Shown in pieces: positions 30,481 through 39,848 of a DNA stretch of 64,000 nucleotides. Origin of the DNA: an uncultured Gemmatimonadota bacterium (GTDB taxonomy: Bacteria; Gemmatimonadota; Gemmatimonadetes; Palauibacterales; Palauibacteraceae); the NCBI GenBank assembly GCA_964499635.1, contig CAZCLY010000008.1:127699-191698 (forward strand). Direction: 5' to 3'. The notes beneath the pieces were generated by a model. That model saw only the letters and a program-made list of their open reading frames with translations, was not told the DNA's origin and did no database searches. The first letter of the stretch is position 1. Every line of letters starts with the position of its first letter. A program made the position numbers and the translations under genes.

Positions 30481-31719
30481 ATGATGAGCAAGCGTACGGT
30501 ACTGATGTCGGTCGCCTGGGGCGGGCTCCTCGTCGGCGTGGCCGCGTGGAGCCAGGCGCCGGTGATCGACGAATCCGTGTTCGTGAAGGGCCTTCGCGCC
30601 AATGAGCGCGAGCGCGTCCTATATGTCTGGACTCGCGATGCGGATGGGGCGGACAGCGATTTCCTGTCCGTGGTTGACGTCGATCCGGGGTCCGCCACCT
30701 TCGGGACCCTGATCGCGACGGCCGCAACGGGTTCCGCGGGGAACGAGGCGCACCACTTCGGCTACACGCGGGACGCGGGGCGCATCTTCGGAGGCGGTCT
30801 GTTCTCGAACCGTCTGTTCATCTACGACGTGCACACCGACAGCCGGCGGCCGCGGCTGCTGCGCACGGTCAACCTCGACGTCACGGGATACAGCGGTCCG
30901 CACACGCTGTACGCGGTGCCCGACGGGATGCTGATCGCCATGCTGGGGGCCCTCGACGGGAGCGGACCGAGCGGGATCATCAAGGTCGACGACGACGGCG
31001 ATTTCGTAGAAGCCTACCCGGCCAAGGCCGAGCACGACGGCGCGCCCATCTACATGTACGACGTGGGCGTGAAACCGGAGATGAACCTCATGCTGTCGTC
31101 GAGCTGGGCCCACCCCGATCACGCGCGCACGCCGGGGGGCGCCCCGGCCGAGCACATCGGCAGCGAGGTCGTCGTGTGGGACTGGACCACGAAGCGGATC
31201 CTGCAGGTCGAGACGCTCGACCGGGCGCCGCTCGAGGTGCGCTGGCTGCACGGATCCGGGCCCGAGGCGCGCGGCGGGTTCATCAACTGCGCGTACGGAG
31301 GGTCCATCTGGTACTGGGAGGACGCCGATCGTGACGGGCTTCTCGAGTTCTATCGCGTCGTGAGGCTTGCGGAGGGCTCGGTCCCGGCCGATCTCCGCAT
31401 CTCGTACGACAACCGCTTCCTGTACGTGACGTTGTGGGGACAGGACCTGGTGCGGCAGTACGACATCGCCGACCGGCGCCGACCCCGCTTGGTGAGCGAG
31501 GTGTCGATCCCGCAGCCCAACATGATGAAGCTGTCGCCGGACTCGAAGCGGCTCTACGTGACGAACTCGATGCTGTCGACCGTGGACGGAGGTGTGGAGT
31601 TCGGCGTGTGGCTGGTGCACGTGGAGCACGACGGGCTGCGGATCGATCCCGGCTTCGCACCGGACTTCATGGGTCTCAAGACCGGTCCGGCCGGTCCGCA
31701 CGACATGCTGCTCAAGTAG
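30481..31719 (+). CDS. Selenium-binding protein (SBP56 / methanethiol-oxidase family) with a signal peptide.
   Basis: Family-wide conservation over ~410 aa, including HHFGYTRDAGRIFGGGLFSNRLFIYD and a C-terminal DGLRIDPGF. The N-terminal signal-like sequence is LMSVAWGGLLVGVAAWSQA. Confidence 0.78.
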   Translation: MMSKRTVLMSVAWGGLLVGVAAWSQAPVIDESVFVKGLRANERERVLYVWTRDADGADSDFLSVVDVDPGSATFGTLIATAATGSAGNEAHHFGYTRDAGRIFGGGLFSNRLFIYDVHTDSRRPRLLRTVNLDVTGYSGPHTLYAVPDGMLIAMLGALDGSGPSGIIKVDDDGDFVEAYPAKAEHDGAPIYMYDVGVKPEMNLMLSSSWAHPDHARTPGGAPAEHIGSEVVVWDWTTKRILQVETLDRAPLEVRWLHGSGPEARGGFINCAYGGSIWYWEDADRDGLLEFYRVVRLAEGSVPADLRISYDNRFLYVTLWGQDLVRQYDIADRRRPRLVSEVSIPQPNMMKLSPDSKRLYVTNSMLSTVDGGVEFGVWLVHVEHDGLRIDPGFAPDFMGLKTGPAGPHDMLLK

Positions 31720-32674
31720 CGGCGATCTCGCGCTTCGAAGGAGTCCAGGCGACCGCGGCGGCCGCATCGGGAGCGGGCCGGCGTTCGGGGTGAAAGAGGC
31801 CCGCGAGGATCTCGATCCCGGTCACGAAGCGGGGGCCGGAACGATTGAAGTAGGACGAGCCGTCCACCACCCACGCGCGTCGCGTCTCCAACGCCCGCGG
31901 GGCGCAGCGGACGAGCCGCGCCGCGTGGGCGTCCGCGTCGCGCTGCGCGTCGTCGAGCCCGTACCCGCACGGCATGATGACGAGCGCGTCGGGGTCGAGA
32001 CCCTCGATCTCGTCCCACCCCACCTGTCGCGAGGGACGTCCGGCCTCTCCGAGCACGCACTCGCCGCCGGCGCGCTCGATCATCTCCGGCACCCAGTGCC
32101 CCGGCGCGAACGGCGGGTCGAGCCACTCGATCGCCAGGACGCGGGGCCGCCGGCCGTCCGCGACGTCGCCCGCCACCCGTTCCATGCGCGTCCGGAGGTC
32201 CGCCACCAGCGTCTCGGCCGCGCCGTGGGCGCCCGCCGCCCGCCCGACCTGGACGATGGAGGCGAGGATGTCGCCGATCGTGTGCGCGTCGAGCGACAAG
32301 ATGCGCGGCGACAGACCGAGCCCCGCGATCGCCTCTTCCACCCCGCCCGTCGGCACGGCGCACACCTCGCACACCGCCTGGGTCAGGATCAGGTCGGGAT
32401 CGAGCCTGGCGAGCAGCTCCGTGTCGAGGGAGTACACGCTCCCGTGCTCGAGCATCGCGGCGCGTACCGCGCGGTCGATCTCTCCGCTTCCGAGCGCGGC
32501 CGGATCGAACCGGGGCCGGCTGACGCGAGGCCGGTCGAGCGCCGGTGCCGGGTGGTCGCACTCGTGCGAGATCCCCACCAGGCAGTCATCGAGACCGAGC
32601 GCGGCCACGATCTCGGTCCCCGAGGCGAGCAGCGAGACGATGCGCGGGTGCGCACGGGCCGTCGAAGACACCAC
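31712..32674 (-). CDS. BtuF/FecB-like (class III) periplasmic-binding-protein-fold protein, with no evident signal peptide.
   Basis: RIVSLLASGTEIVAALGLDDCLVGISHECDHP and ALVIMPCGYG resemble cobalamin/siderophore-binding proteins. The start is uncertain. Confidence 0.55.
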   Translation of the reverse strand: MVSSTARAHPRIVSLLASGTEIVAALGLDDCLVGISHECDHPAPALDRPRVSRPRFDPAALGSGEIDRAVRAAMLEHGSVYSLDTELLARLDPDLILTQAVCEVCAVPTGGVEEAIAGLGLSPRILSLDAHTIGDILASIVQVGRAAGAHGAAETLVADLRTRMERVAGDVADGRRPRVLAIEWLDPPFAPGHWVPEMIERAGGECVLGEAGRPSRQVGWDEIEGLDPDALVIMPCGYGLDDAQRDADAHAARLVRCAPRALETRRAWVVDGSSYFNRSGPRFVTGIEILAGLFHPERRPAPDAAAAVAWTPSKREIAAT

Positions 32675-32679
32675 GTCTC

Positions 32680-33873
32680 CTAGTAGACGGGCATCTCGGG
32701 GTCGATCTCCTCGGCCCACGCGAGGATCCCGCCCGCCAGGTTGACGGCGTTCTCGTACCCCATCGTGCGCAGGTAGGCCACCGCGTTGGTGCCGCGCGGC
32801 CCCGAGCGGCAGTGGATGATCAGCGGACGCTCGCGGTCGAGCGAGCCGAGCTGCTCGGGCAGCGTGCCGAGGGGGACGAGGCGCGCGCCGGCTTCCGCCA
32901 GGTTGCAGATATCCCACTCGTAGTCCTCGCGCACATCGATGAGCTGGAAGTCAGCGCCCTCGTCCCAGCGACGCTTGAGCTCGTGGACGTCGATCTCGGG
33001 GTGCTGCACGCGTTCCTCCGGCGCCCGCCCGCCCGGTGTGACCTCCGGGGAGCCTCCGCAAAACACTTCGTAGTCGATGAGCCCGGTGACGGTCGGGTGC
33101 TCACCGCACACCGGACAGCCCGGATCCGGCGAGATGTTCAGGGTGCGAAACTCCATGCGCAAGGCGTCGATGAGGAGCAGCCGGCCGGCCAGCGTCTCCC
33201 CGGCACCGATCAGGAACTTGATCGCCTCGGTGGCCTGGATCGCGCCCACGATCCCCGGCAGGACGCCGAGGACCCCCGCCTCCGCGCAGCTCGGGACGAG
33301 CCCCGCGGGCGGGGGCTCGCGGAACAGACAGCGATAGCAGGGCCCATCGGGCGCCGCGAACAGCGAGGCCTGCCCCTCGAAGCGCAGGATGGCGCCGTAC
33401 GCGAACGGGATCCCCTTGAGCACGCAGGCATCGTTCACGAGGTAGCGGGTGGGAAAGTTGTCGCTGCCGTCCACGACCACATCCCAGCCGTCGAGGATGT
33501 CGAGCGCGTTCGAAGATTCGAGCCGGGTTTCGAACGTCTCGATCTCGACGTGCGGGTTGAGCGCGGCGAGGCGCTCGCGGGCGGACTCGAGCTTGGATCG
33601 GCCCACCGAGCGCGTGTCGTGCAGGATCTGGCGCTGGAGGTTCGACACATCCACGGCGTCGTGGTCGACGAGACCGAGCCGCCCCACACCGGCGGCCGCC
33701 AGGTAGAGCGCCGCCGGCGAGCCGAGCCCCCCGGCGCCGACGAGCAGGACGCTCCCCTGCTTGAGCCGTCGCTGTCCTGCCGCTCCCACCTCCGGGATCG
33801 ACAGGTGCCGGCCGTAGCGCCGGATCTCGTCGCGGTCCAGCCCCGGCGAGCCTTCCGTATGGACGTCGCTCAT
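32680..33873 (-). CDS. moeZ: MoeB/ThiF-family E1-like adenylyltransferase with a C-terminal rhodanese domain (MoeZ/MOCS3-like).
   Basis: A GVGRLGLVDHDAVDVSNLQRQ region, a CxxC...CxxC zinc site, and a C-terminal rhodanese region with the catalytic Cys in IIHCRSGPRG. Confidence 0.85.
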   Translation of the reverse strand: MSDVHTEGSPGLDRDEIRRYGRHLSIPEVGAAGQRRLKQGSVLLVGAGGLGSPAALYLAAAGVGRLGLVDHDAVDVSNLQRQILHDTRSVGRSKLESARERLAALNPHVEIETFETRLESSNALDILDGWDVVVDGSDNFPTRYLVNDACVLKGIPFAYGAILRFEGQASLFAAPDGPCYRCLFREPPPAGLVPSCAEAGVLGVLPGIVGAIQATEAIKFLIGAGETLAGRLLLIDALRMEFRTLNISPDPGCPVCGEHPTVTGLIDYEVFCGGSPEVTPGGRAPEERVQHPEIDVHELKRRWDEGADFQLIDVREDYEWDICNLAEAGARLVPLGTLPEQLGSLDRERPLIIHCRSGPRGTNAVAYLRTMGYENAVNLAGGILAWAEEIDPEMPVY

Positions 33874-33874
33874 C

Positions 33875-34153
33875 TCAGCCTCCCGCGATCGACGGCACGA
33901 TCCGGAGCTCCTCGTCCCGCCCGATGCGCACGTCGCCGGCGGGATCTCCGCTCACCTGCCGGTCTCCGAGAAACAGGTGGATGTGGGGCCGCACTCGCTC
34001 GTCGGGCCCGTGGATCATGGACCCGACCTCGGGGTGACGCGCGCGAAGCGCGTGCAGCGCTTCCTGGACGGTCGCGGCCTCGACCGTCACCGAGGAGCGG
34101 CCGCCGGCCAGCGCTTCGAGCGCCGTGGGCAGACGAATCGTCACGCAAGGCAT
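33875..34153 (-). CDS. MoaD/ThiS/CysO-family sulfur-carrier protein (92 aa, C-terminal GG).
   Basis: It ends ...RIVPSIAGG followed by the stop. Its ATG lies 47 bp downstream of the rpe stop, and its stop abuts the moeZ start. Confidence 0.65.
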   Translation of the reverse strand: MPCVTIRLPTALEALAGGRSSVTVEAATVQEALHALRARHPEVGSMIHGPDERVRPHIHLFLGDRQVSGDPAGDVRIGRDEELRIVPSIAGG

Positions 34154-34200
34154 GACGGACTCTACCCTGGAGGGCGGGCCGAGGTCACCGGTGCCGGCGC

Positions 34201-34878
34201 TTACCCGGGGCAGGCGACCGCGTCGCGCAGCGCCCGGAGGGAAGCCCCGATCCCGGCCGGGCGCCGGAACACGGACGAGCCCGCCACGAACACGCGGGCG
34301 CCGGCGGCGGCGGCCAGGGGAGCCGTGTGCGGGTCGATCCCGCCGTCCACCTGGACGGGGATCGGGTCGAGCCCGCGCTCGGCGAGCATCGCGCGCACGC
34401 GCTCGATCTTGGGCAGCGCCTCGGGGATGAACGACTGCCCCCCGAACCCGGGATCGACCGTCATGACGAGCACCAGATCGACGTATCCCAGCACCTCGGA
34501 CAGGGTATCCGCCGGAGTGGCCGGGTTGAGCGCCACGCCCGCGTGGCACCCGAGGTCACGGATGCGGTGCAGGTCGCGGTGCAGGTGCGTCGAGGCCTCC
34601 ACGTGGATGGTCACGAGGTCCGCCCCAGCCTCCGCGAACGGGTCGATGAACGACTCGGGATTGTCGATCATGAGGTGGACGTCGAGGTACGTGTCGGTCA
34701 CCGCGCGCAGGGACTCGAGCACCGGAAGTCCGATGCTGATATTCGGGACGTAGTGCCCGTCCATGACGTCGATCTGGAACCACTCCGCGCCGGCCGCCTC
34801 CGCCTCGGCCACCTGCTCGCCGAGTCGCGCGTAGTCCGCGGCCAGGATGGAGGGGGCGACCACCAGGCCCCCCGGCAT
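34201..34878 (-). CDS. rpe: Ribulose-phosphate 3-epimerase.
   Basis: VAPSILAADYARLGEQV, DVMDGHYVPN and VDGGI motifs. Confidence 0.85.
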   Translation of the reverse strand: MPGGLVVAPSILAADYARLGEQVAEAEAAGAEWFQIDVMDGHYVPNISIGLPVLESLRAVTDTYLDVHLMIDNPESFIDPFAEAGADLVTIHVEASTHLHRDLHRIRDLGCHAGVALNPATPADTLSEVLGYVDLVLVMTVDPGFGGQSFIPEALPKIERVRAMLAERGLDPIPVQVDGGIDPHTAPLAAAAGARVFVAGSSVFRRPAGIGASLRALRDAVACPG

Positions 34879-34963
34879 GGGCCGCGCCGGACCCCGGGTG
34901 TCTTCACTCACGTGCGACGCTCCTTGGCAAGCCTTCGGCGGACTCGAGTCGGTCGGCCGCCCG

Positions 34964-36190
34964 TCAGATCAGTCCGAGACGCGTGCCGACCTTCTTCAGG
35001 GCGGCGAGCGCCGCGTCGAGATGCTGCCGCTCGTGACCCGCGGAGATCTGGCAGCGGATCCTCGCCTGTCCCTGCGGCACGACCGGAAAGCCGAACCCGA
35101 TCACGAACACGCCCTCGTCGAGGAGCTGGCGGCTGAGCCCGATCGCATCCGCCGTCTCGCCGATGATGACGGGGACGATCGGCGTCTCGCCGGGGATCGG
35201 CCGGTAGCCGAGGGCCTCGAGCCCTTCGCGGAAATAGGCCGTGTTGTCGCGCAGACGGGTGACGAGCTCGGGGTGCTCCTCGAGGTGCTGGATGGCCGCC
35301 AGCGCCCCGCAGCACGAGTGGGGCGGCATGGCGTTCGTGAACAGCTGCGTGCGGGATGTCTGCACCAGGTAGTCGACGACGGGGCGCGAGCTGGCGGTGA
35401 ACCCGCCGGCCATGCCGCCGAGGGCCTTCCCGAGCGTCGAGGTGATGATGTCGACCTCGCCGTGCATGCCGTAGTGCTCCGGGGTGCCGCGTCCGGTGTC
35501 GCCGAGCACGCCGGTGGCGTGCGAGTCGTCGATGGCGAGAATCGCGTCGTAGCGGTCGCACAGCTCGCGGATGTCCGGAAGCGGTGCGATCTCTCCCTCC
35601 ATCGAGAACACGCCGTCGGTGATCACCAGCCGGTGGCGCGCATCCCGCGAAGACTCGAGCGTCTCGCGCAGCGAGTCCATGTCCATGTGCCGGTAGATCT
35701 TCCGCTCGGCCTTGCACAGCCGGATCCCGTCGATGATCGAGGCGTGGTTGAGCGCGTCCGAGATGAGGGTGTCCTCGGGTCCGAGCAGCGGGGCGAACAG
35801 CCCCTCGTTGGCGTTCCAGCACGAGGTGTAGGTGACCGAGGCCGGAACCTCGAGGAAATCCGCGATCGCTGCCTCGAGACGACGGTGGATGTCGAACGTG
35901 CCGCAGATGAAGCGCACCGACGAGGTGCCGGCGCCGTACCGATCGGCGCCGTCCTTGACCGCCTGCATCACCGGGGGCTCGTCGCACAGCCCGAGGTAGT
36001 TGTTGGAGCACAGGTTGATGGTGTCCCCGTACCCATCGATGTCGACCACGGCGGACTGCCGGCCCATGATGTGGAGGAGCTCCTTGTGCACGCCGTGCTC
36101 ACGCATGTCGTCGAGCTCGGCGGTCAGGCGCTCCTCGAGCCCGCGGTTCACGCTGGAGGTGGTCACGTCGCCCTCGTCGTACAGTGTCAT
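34964..36190 (-). CDS. kbl: 2-amino-3-ketobutyrate CoA ligase (glycine C-acetyltransferase).
   Basis: The alpha-oxoamine synthase family, with a PLP lysine in TLGKALGG, in the same operon as tdh. Confidence 0.82.
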   Translation of the reverse strand: MTLYDEGDVTTSSVNRGLEERLTAELDDMREHGVHKELLHIMGRQSAVVDIDGYGDTINLCSNNYLGLCDEPPVMQAVKDGADRYGAGTSSVRFICGTFDIHRRLEAAIADFLEVPASVTYTSCWNANEGLFAPLLGPEDTLISDALNHASIIDGIRLCKAERKIYRHMDMDSLRETLESSRDARHRLVITDGVFSMEGEIAPLPDIRELCDRYDAILAIDDSHATGVLGDTGRGTPEHYGMHGEVDIITSTLGKALGGMAGGFTASSRPVVDYLVQTSRTQLFTNAMPPHSCCGALAAIQHLEEHPELVTRLRDNTAYFREGLEALGYRPIPGETPIVPVIIGETADAIGLSRQLLDEGVFVIGFGFPVVPQGQARIRCQISAGHERQHLDAALAALKKVGTRLGLI

Positions 36191-36227
36191 CGAACCTCCG
36201 CTCGGTTCCGCGCCCGAGGGTGCGGTG

Positions 36228-36917
36228 TCAGGAGGAGCTCTCGCTCCGGTACCAGTCCTTGCCAGTCCGCCCCGTTACCCATGCCGTGTCGACCCGGATC
36301 CTCGGGCGGGAACCCCAGTTCCCACAATCGCTGAATCCGTGCAGGCGGCCCTCGACGTGCACGATGCGGTCGCTGCCCGCCACCTCGCGCACCGCGGCGG
36401 GAGCGCCGGAGAGCGAGAACACGCGCTGGCTCCCGATCCACCCCGGACCGAACAGCCAGCACCCCGCCGCCTCGCGCACCGTGCCATCGCCGATCGTCCA
36501 CATGCCCGAGAACGACCCCGAATCCGTGGCGATCAAGGCGCCCAGCGAGCGCCCCTCGGCCGTGCGCACGGAATACCGGCCGCCGCGCGGGATCGACAGG
36601 GGCCGGGCCTCGTAGAAGCTGATCTTCTGTGGGGCGCACACGGCGGTAAACGTGCTCCGCCGGGCGGCGAGCTCGATCGACGTGTCGGTCACCGCGAGGG
36701 TCGCCGTGTCCAGACGACCGCAGGCGGTGGGGGACACGGGCCCGCCGAACTCGAACGAGAACGTCTCGCCGACCCGTACCGTATCCGGATACGCGGCCCA
36801 CGTCACGAGCGCGGGGCCCGGCGTCGGCTCGCCCGTTCGCCAGCAGGCCGAGACCGCGGCGGCGAGGGCCGCCGCGATCGCCACCTCCCGTCTCCGGATC
36901 CCGGACGCACCCGGCAA
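36228..36917 (-). CDS. Hypothetical lipoprotein.
   Basis: A signal peptide and a lipobox-like AAVSAC, lying between tdh and kbl. No family recognised. Confidence 0.5.
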   Translation of the reverse strand: MPGASGIRRREVAIAAALAAAVSACWRTGEPTPGPALVTWAAYPDTVRVGETFSFEFGGPVSPTACGRLDTATLAVTDTSIELAARRSTFTAVCAPQKISFYEARPLSIPRGGRYSVRTAEGRSLGALIATDSGSFSGMWTIGDGTVREAAGCWLFGPGWIGSQRVFSLSGAPAAVREVAGSDRIVHVEGRLHGFSDCGNWGSRPRIRVDTAWVTGRTGKDWYRSESSS

Positions 36918-36924
36918 GGGCGGG

Positions 36925-37956
36925 TCAGTCGAGCGAGAGGACGACCTTCGCCGCCTCTCCCTCCTCCATCGCCGCGATGCCCTCCTCGAAGCGCTCGATC
37001 GGGAGCCGGTGCGTGATCACGGGCTCGATGTCGAGCAGCCCGGCCGCGAGGAAGTTCCGCATCTCGATCCACGTGTCGTACATGCGCCGCCCGATGACGC
37101 CGTACACGTGGAGCCCCTTGAAGATGACGTCCCTGGCCAGGTCGACCTCGACGGAGCCCTTCGGGAGGCCGAGCAGCCGGACGTGCCCGCCGTTGCGGCA
37201 GATCCGGAACGCCGTCCGCACCCCGTCGGGGTGACCGCTCATCTCGCACACGACGTCCGCGCCGTACCCGCGCGTCAGATCCGCGATCGCGGTTTCGACA
37301 TCCCCCGAGCCGGGGTCGAGACACAGGTGTGCCCCCATCCGCGCGGCCAGCTCGCGCCGATCCTCGTGCGGCTCGATGGCGATCACGGTAGCCGCGCCCG
37401 CCGCCCGGGCGATCCCGACGGCGAACAGGCCGATGGGCCCGCACCCGACGATCGCCACCACGCGCCCGGCGACCTCCGAGTGGAGCACGGTGTGGAACGC
37501 GTTCCCGAGCGGGTCGAACAGCGCGGCGTGGTCGTCGCTGATCGAGCCCGGAATGGGGATGATGTTGGTCGCGGGGATGGCGACGAAGTCGGCGAACGCG
37601 CCATCCCGATCGACCCCGATGATCTGCGTCTCCGGACACACGTGGGAGTTCCCCGTGCGGCACAGCTCGCAGTGACCGCACACCAGGTGCCCCTCCGCGG
37701 ACACGCGGTCTCCGGCGCCCACGTTCTCGACCAGGCCTCCGACCTCCGTGACCTCGCCCATGAACTCGTGTCCGAGCACGAGCGGGGGCTGGATCCGTCC
37801 CCGGGACCACTCGTCCCAGTGGAAGATGTGGAGATCGGTCCCGCAGATCCCGGCCCGGCGCACGCGGATCAGGACTTCGTTCGGGCCGATGTCCGGACGG
37901 GGCACGTCGGCGAGCGAAAGACCGGGGGCGGCGTCCGGCTTGAGGATGGCTCTCAT
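36925..37956 (-). CDS. tdh: L-threonine 3-dehydrogenase (Zn-dependent).
   Basis: 343 aa. It has a GHEFMGEV motif, a Cys-rich structural-Zn loop CGHCELCRTGNSHVC, and a GCGPIG NAD-binding site. Confidence 0.88.
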   Translation of the reverse strand: MRAILKPDAAPGLSLADVPRPDIGPNEVLIRVRRAGICGTDLHIFHWDEWSRGRIQPPLVLGHEFMGEVTEVGGLVENVGAGDRVSAEGHLVCGHCELCRTGNSHVCPETQIIGVDRDGAFADFVAIPATNIIPIPGSISDDHAALFDPLGNAFHTVLHSEVAGRVVAIVGCGPIGLFAVGIARAAGAATVIAIEPHEDRRELAARMGAHLCLDPGSGDVETAIADLTRGYGADVVCEMSGHPDGVRTAFRICRNGGHVRLLGLPKGSVEVDLARDVIFKGLHVYGVIGRRMYDTWIEMRNFLAAGLLDIEPVITHRLPIERFEEGIAAMEEGEAAKVVLSLD

Positions 37957-38202
37957 GGTCGACGTGGATCTCCCGTGGTTCCGTCGCAGGCCTCGGGGGC
38001 CGCGCGCGGTGGGCCGGGGCCGGTGGCCGTGGCGCTCGGGCGGCGGCGGGAACGCGGCGCACAATCTGCCGGGGCTTCCGGCGGGCGGGCAAGCACCGAA
38101 GGCGCGCGCGCCGCGCGGGAACCCGGCGCGCTCGCCAGTCGTAGGATGGATGGAGGCAGGCGATGGGCTCGGGCCGACCCCCGATCCGCGAGAGGGTGGC
38201 GT

Positions 38203-38880
38203 GTGGTGACAGCCGACGGGAACCGTGACACGAGCGAGGTGCCTTCCGTTCGTCACGCTCGCCGCCAACGGGCCGCGTGGCGGATGGGCATGATTGCGTC
38301 GGTGCTCCTGCACGGCCTCGTGTTCCTGTTGTGGCGCGTGCCCGTGAGCGTGCCCCTCGCCTCGACGTCCGGACCTCCCGCCGCGCGCCCCGCCGCGGGA
38401 GGCGGGGCCCTGCGGGCGATAGCGGTGCGGGTCCCTGCGACACGCGAGATCCCGCCGCCTCCGCGACCCGTGCTGGCGGTCGACCTGCCCGAGGTCGAGA
38501 TCGAGGAGTTCGAGACGGCGGTGTCGGGCCCCGTGCTCGCTCCCGTGTCGCAGGTCGCGCTCGTCCCCGGCGTCGACGGGGGGAACCGGGGTGGGGCGGG
38601 TGGGGCGGGGGACGGGGGGGATGGCTTCGTGCCTCCCATGCCGCGGTCGGTCATCCCGCACTGGGATCCGCCGGAATCGGTCCGTGGCCTCGAGGTCACG
38701 GTCCGCGTCCACGTGGACGCCCAGGGCCGACCCACGGGGGAGGTCGAGCTCCTCCCGCCGACGCCCGACCGCGGGTTCAACCGCGAGATCATCGATCGCG
38801 TCCACGACATGGAGTACCACCCCGCGTCGCGGAACGGCAGGGCCGTGTCGGGCTGGGCGGAGATCACGTTCATCTTCTGA
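38203..38880 (+). CDS. tonB: TonB-family energy transducer.
   Basis: An N-terminal TM helix MIASVLLHGLVFLLW, a Pro-rich spacer, and a C-terminal TonB domain (...GRAVSGWAEITFIF). The start is ambiguous between GTG ~38203 and ATG 38284. Confidence 0.62.
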   Translation: MVTADGNRDTSEVPSVRHARRQRAAWRMGMIASVLLHGLVFLLWRVPVSVPLASTSGPPAARPAAGGGALRAIAVRVPATREIPPPPRPVLAVDLPEVEIEEFETAVSGPVLAPVSQVALVPGVDGGNRGGAGGAGDGGDGFVPPMPRSVIPHWDPPESVRGLEVTVRVHVDAQGRPTGEVELLPPTPDRGFNREIIDRVHDMEYHPASRNGRAVSGWAEITFIF

Positions 38881-39085
38881 CGTCTCCGGACATCACTGCG
38901 CCACGAGGCTCCCGGGCGCAGGCCCTGCCGACCGTCGAGCCCTCCGGGGGCGATCGCCGGTCGGCCCCGCTCCCGTCCCCCGTTGAGCGCCGGTTGATCC
39001 GGCACCCCACCGTGCGCGTGTCCCGGCGGGCCGCGATGCGGGTGCGCGGCCGCCGATCCTCCCCGATCCGACGGAGCGACCGAGC

Positions 39086-39742
39086 GTGTGGGACCTCAAC
39101 CGTGCCGAGCGTCGCGCCCTGTCGGCCTCGCTCCTGCTCGTCGGCTTGGCGGGAATCGGCCGCGTGTGGTGGACCCCCCGGCCCGCGGAGCTCGCGTGGC
39201 ACGACCTCGAGGCATCGGCGCCGCCGCTCGATGCCGTCGAGCGTGCGCTGGCCGCAGAGGTCCGGGCCCAGACGCCGCTCGGTCAGGACGAGCGGATCGA
39301 CGTGAACTCCGCGGGGCTCGACGAGCTCCGCAGGCTGCCCGGTGTGGGGCCGGAGGTCGCGGCCGCCATCGTGCGGGAGCGGGAGGAAGGGCCATTCGTC
39401 TCCGCTGCCGACCTCGAGCGCGTTCCCGGGATCGGCCCGGTCACGCGCCGTCGGCTGGAGTCCCATCTGGCACTGGGGGATGCGCCGGGGCTGCCGCGCA
39501 CGGGTCCGGGGTCCGGCGGGAGCCCGGGGAGCGCGGCCTGCGGCGCAGGGCGTGTCGATGTGAACCACGCCGGTGCGGAGGAGCTCGAGGCGCTCCCCGG
39601 GATCGGTCCCGCGCTCGCGGCTCGCCTCGTGGCACTGCGCACCGAGCGCGGACGCCTCGCGCGTCCCCAGGACATCACCGCGGTTCGCGGCATCGGTCCG
39701 CGGGCCCTCGAGCGCCTCCTGCCGCGAATCTGCACCGGGTGA
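39086..39742 (+). CDS. comEA: ComEA-like competence protein with two helix-hairpin-helix DNA-binding motifs.
   Basis: Repeated HhH motifs: IDVNSAGLDELRRLPGVGPEVAAAIV and VDVNHAGAEELEALPGIGPALAARLV. An N-terminal TM anchor and a GTG start. Confidence 0.75.
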   Translation: MWDLNRAERRALSASLLLVGLAGIGRVWWTPRPAELAWHDLEASAPPLDAVERALAAEVRAQTPLGQDERIDVNSAGLDELRRLPGVGPEVAAAIVREREEGPFVSAADLERVPGIGPVTRRRLESHLALGDAPGLPRTGPGSGGSPGSAACGAGRVDVNHAGAEELEALPGIGPALAARLVALRTERGRLARPQDITAVRGIGPRALERLLPRICTG

Positions 39743-39848
39743 GGGTGGATCGACCCGAGGCATGCTTCTTGACCCCCGAAGCGCGCAAACCACGCGGAAT
39801 TCGCGACGTACGAGCAACCGCACAGCCGCCGGGGCAAGCAGGGTATAG

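Noticed and set aside
38160-38230. An apparent frame inconsistency near the tonB start when counting bases by hand.
   Set aside because: It is most likely a ±1 manual indexing error on my side. The ORF table shows a continuous frame, so coordinates there should be treated as ±1.
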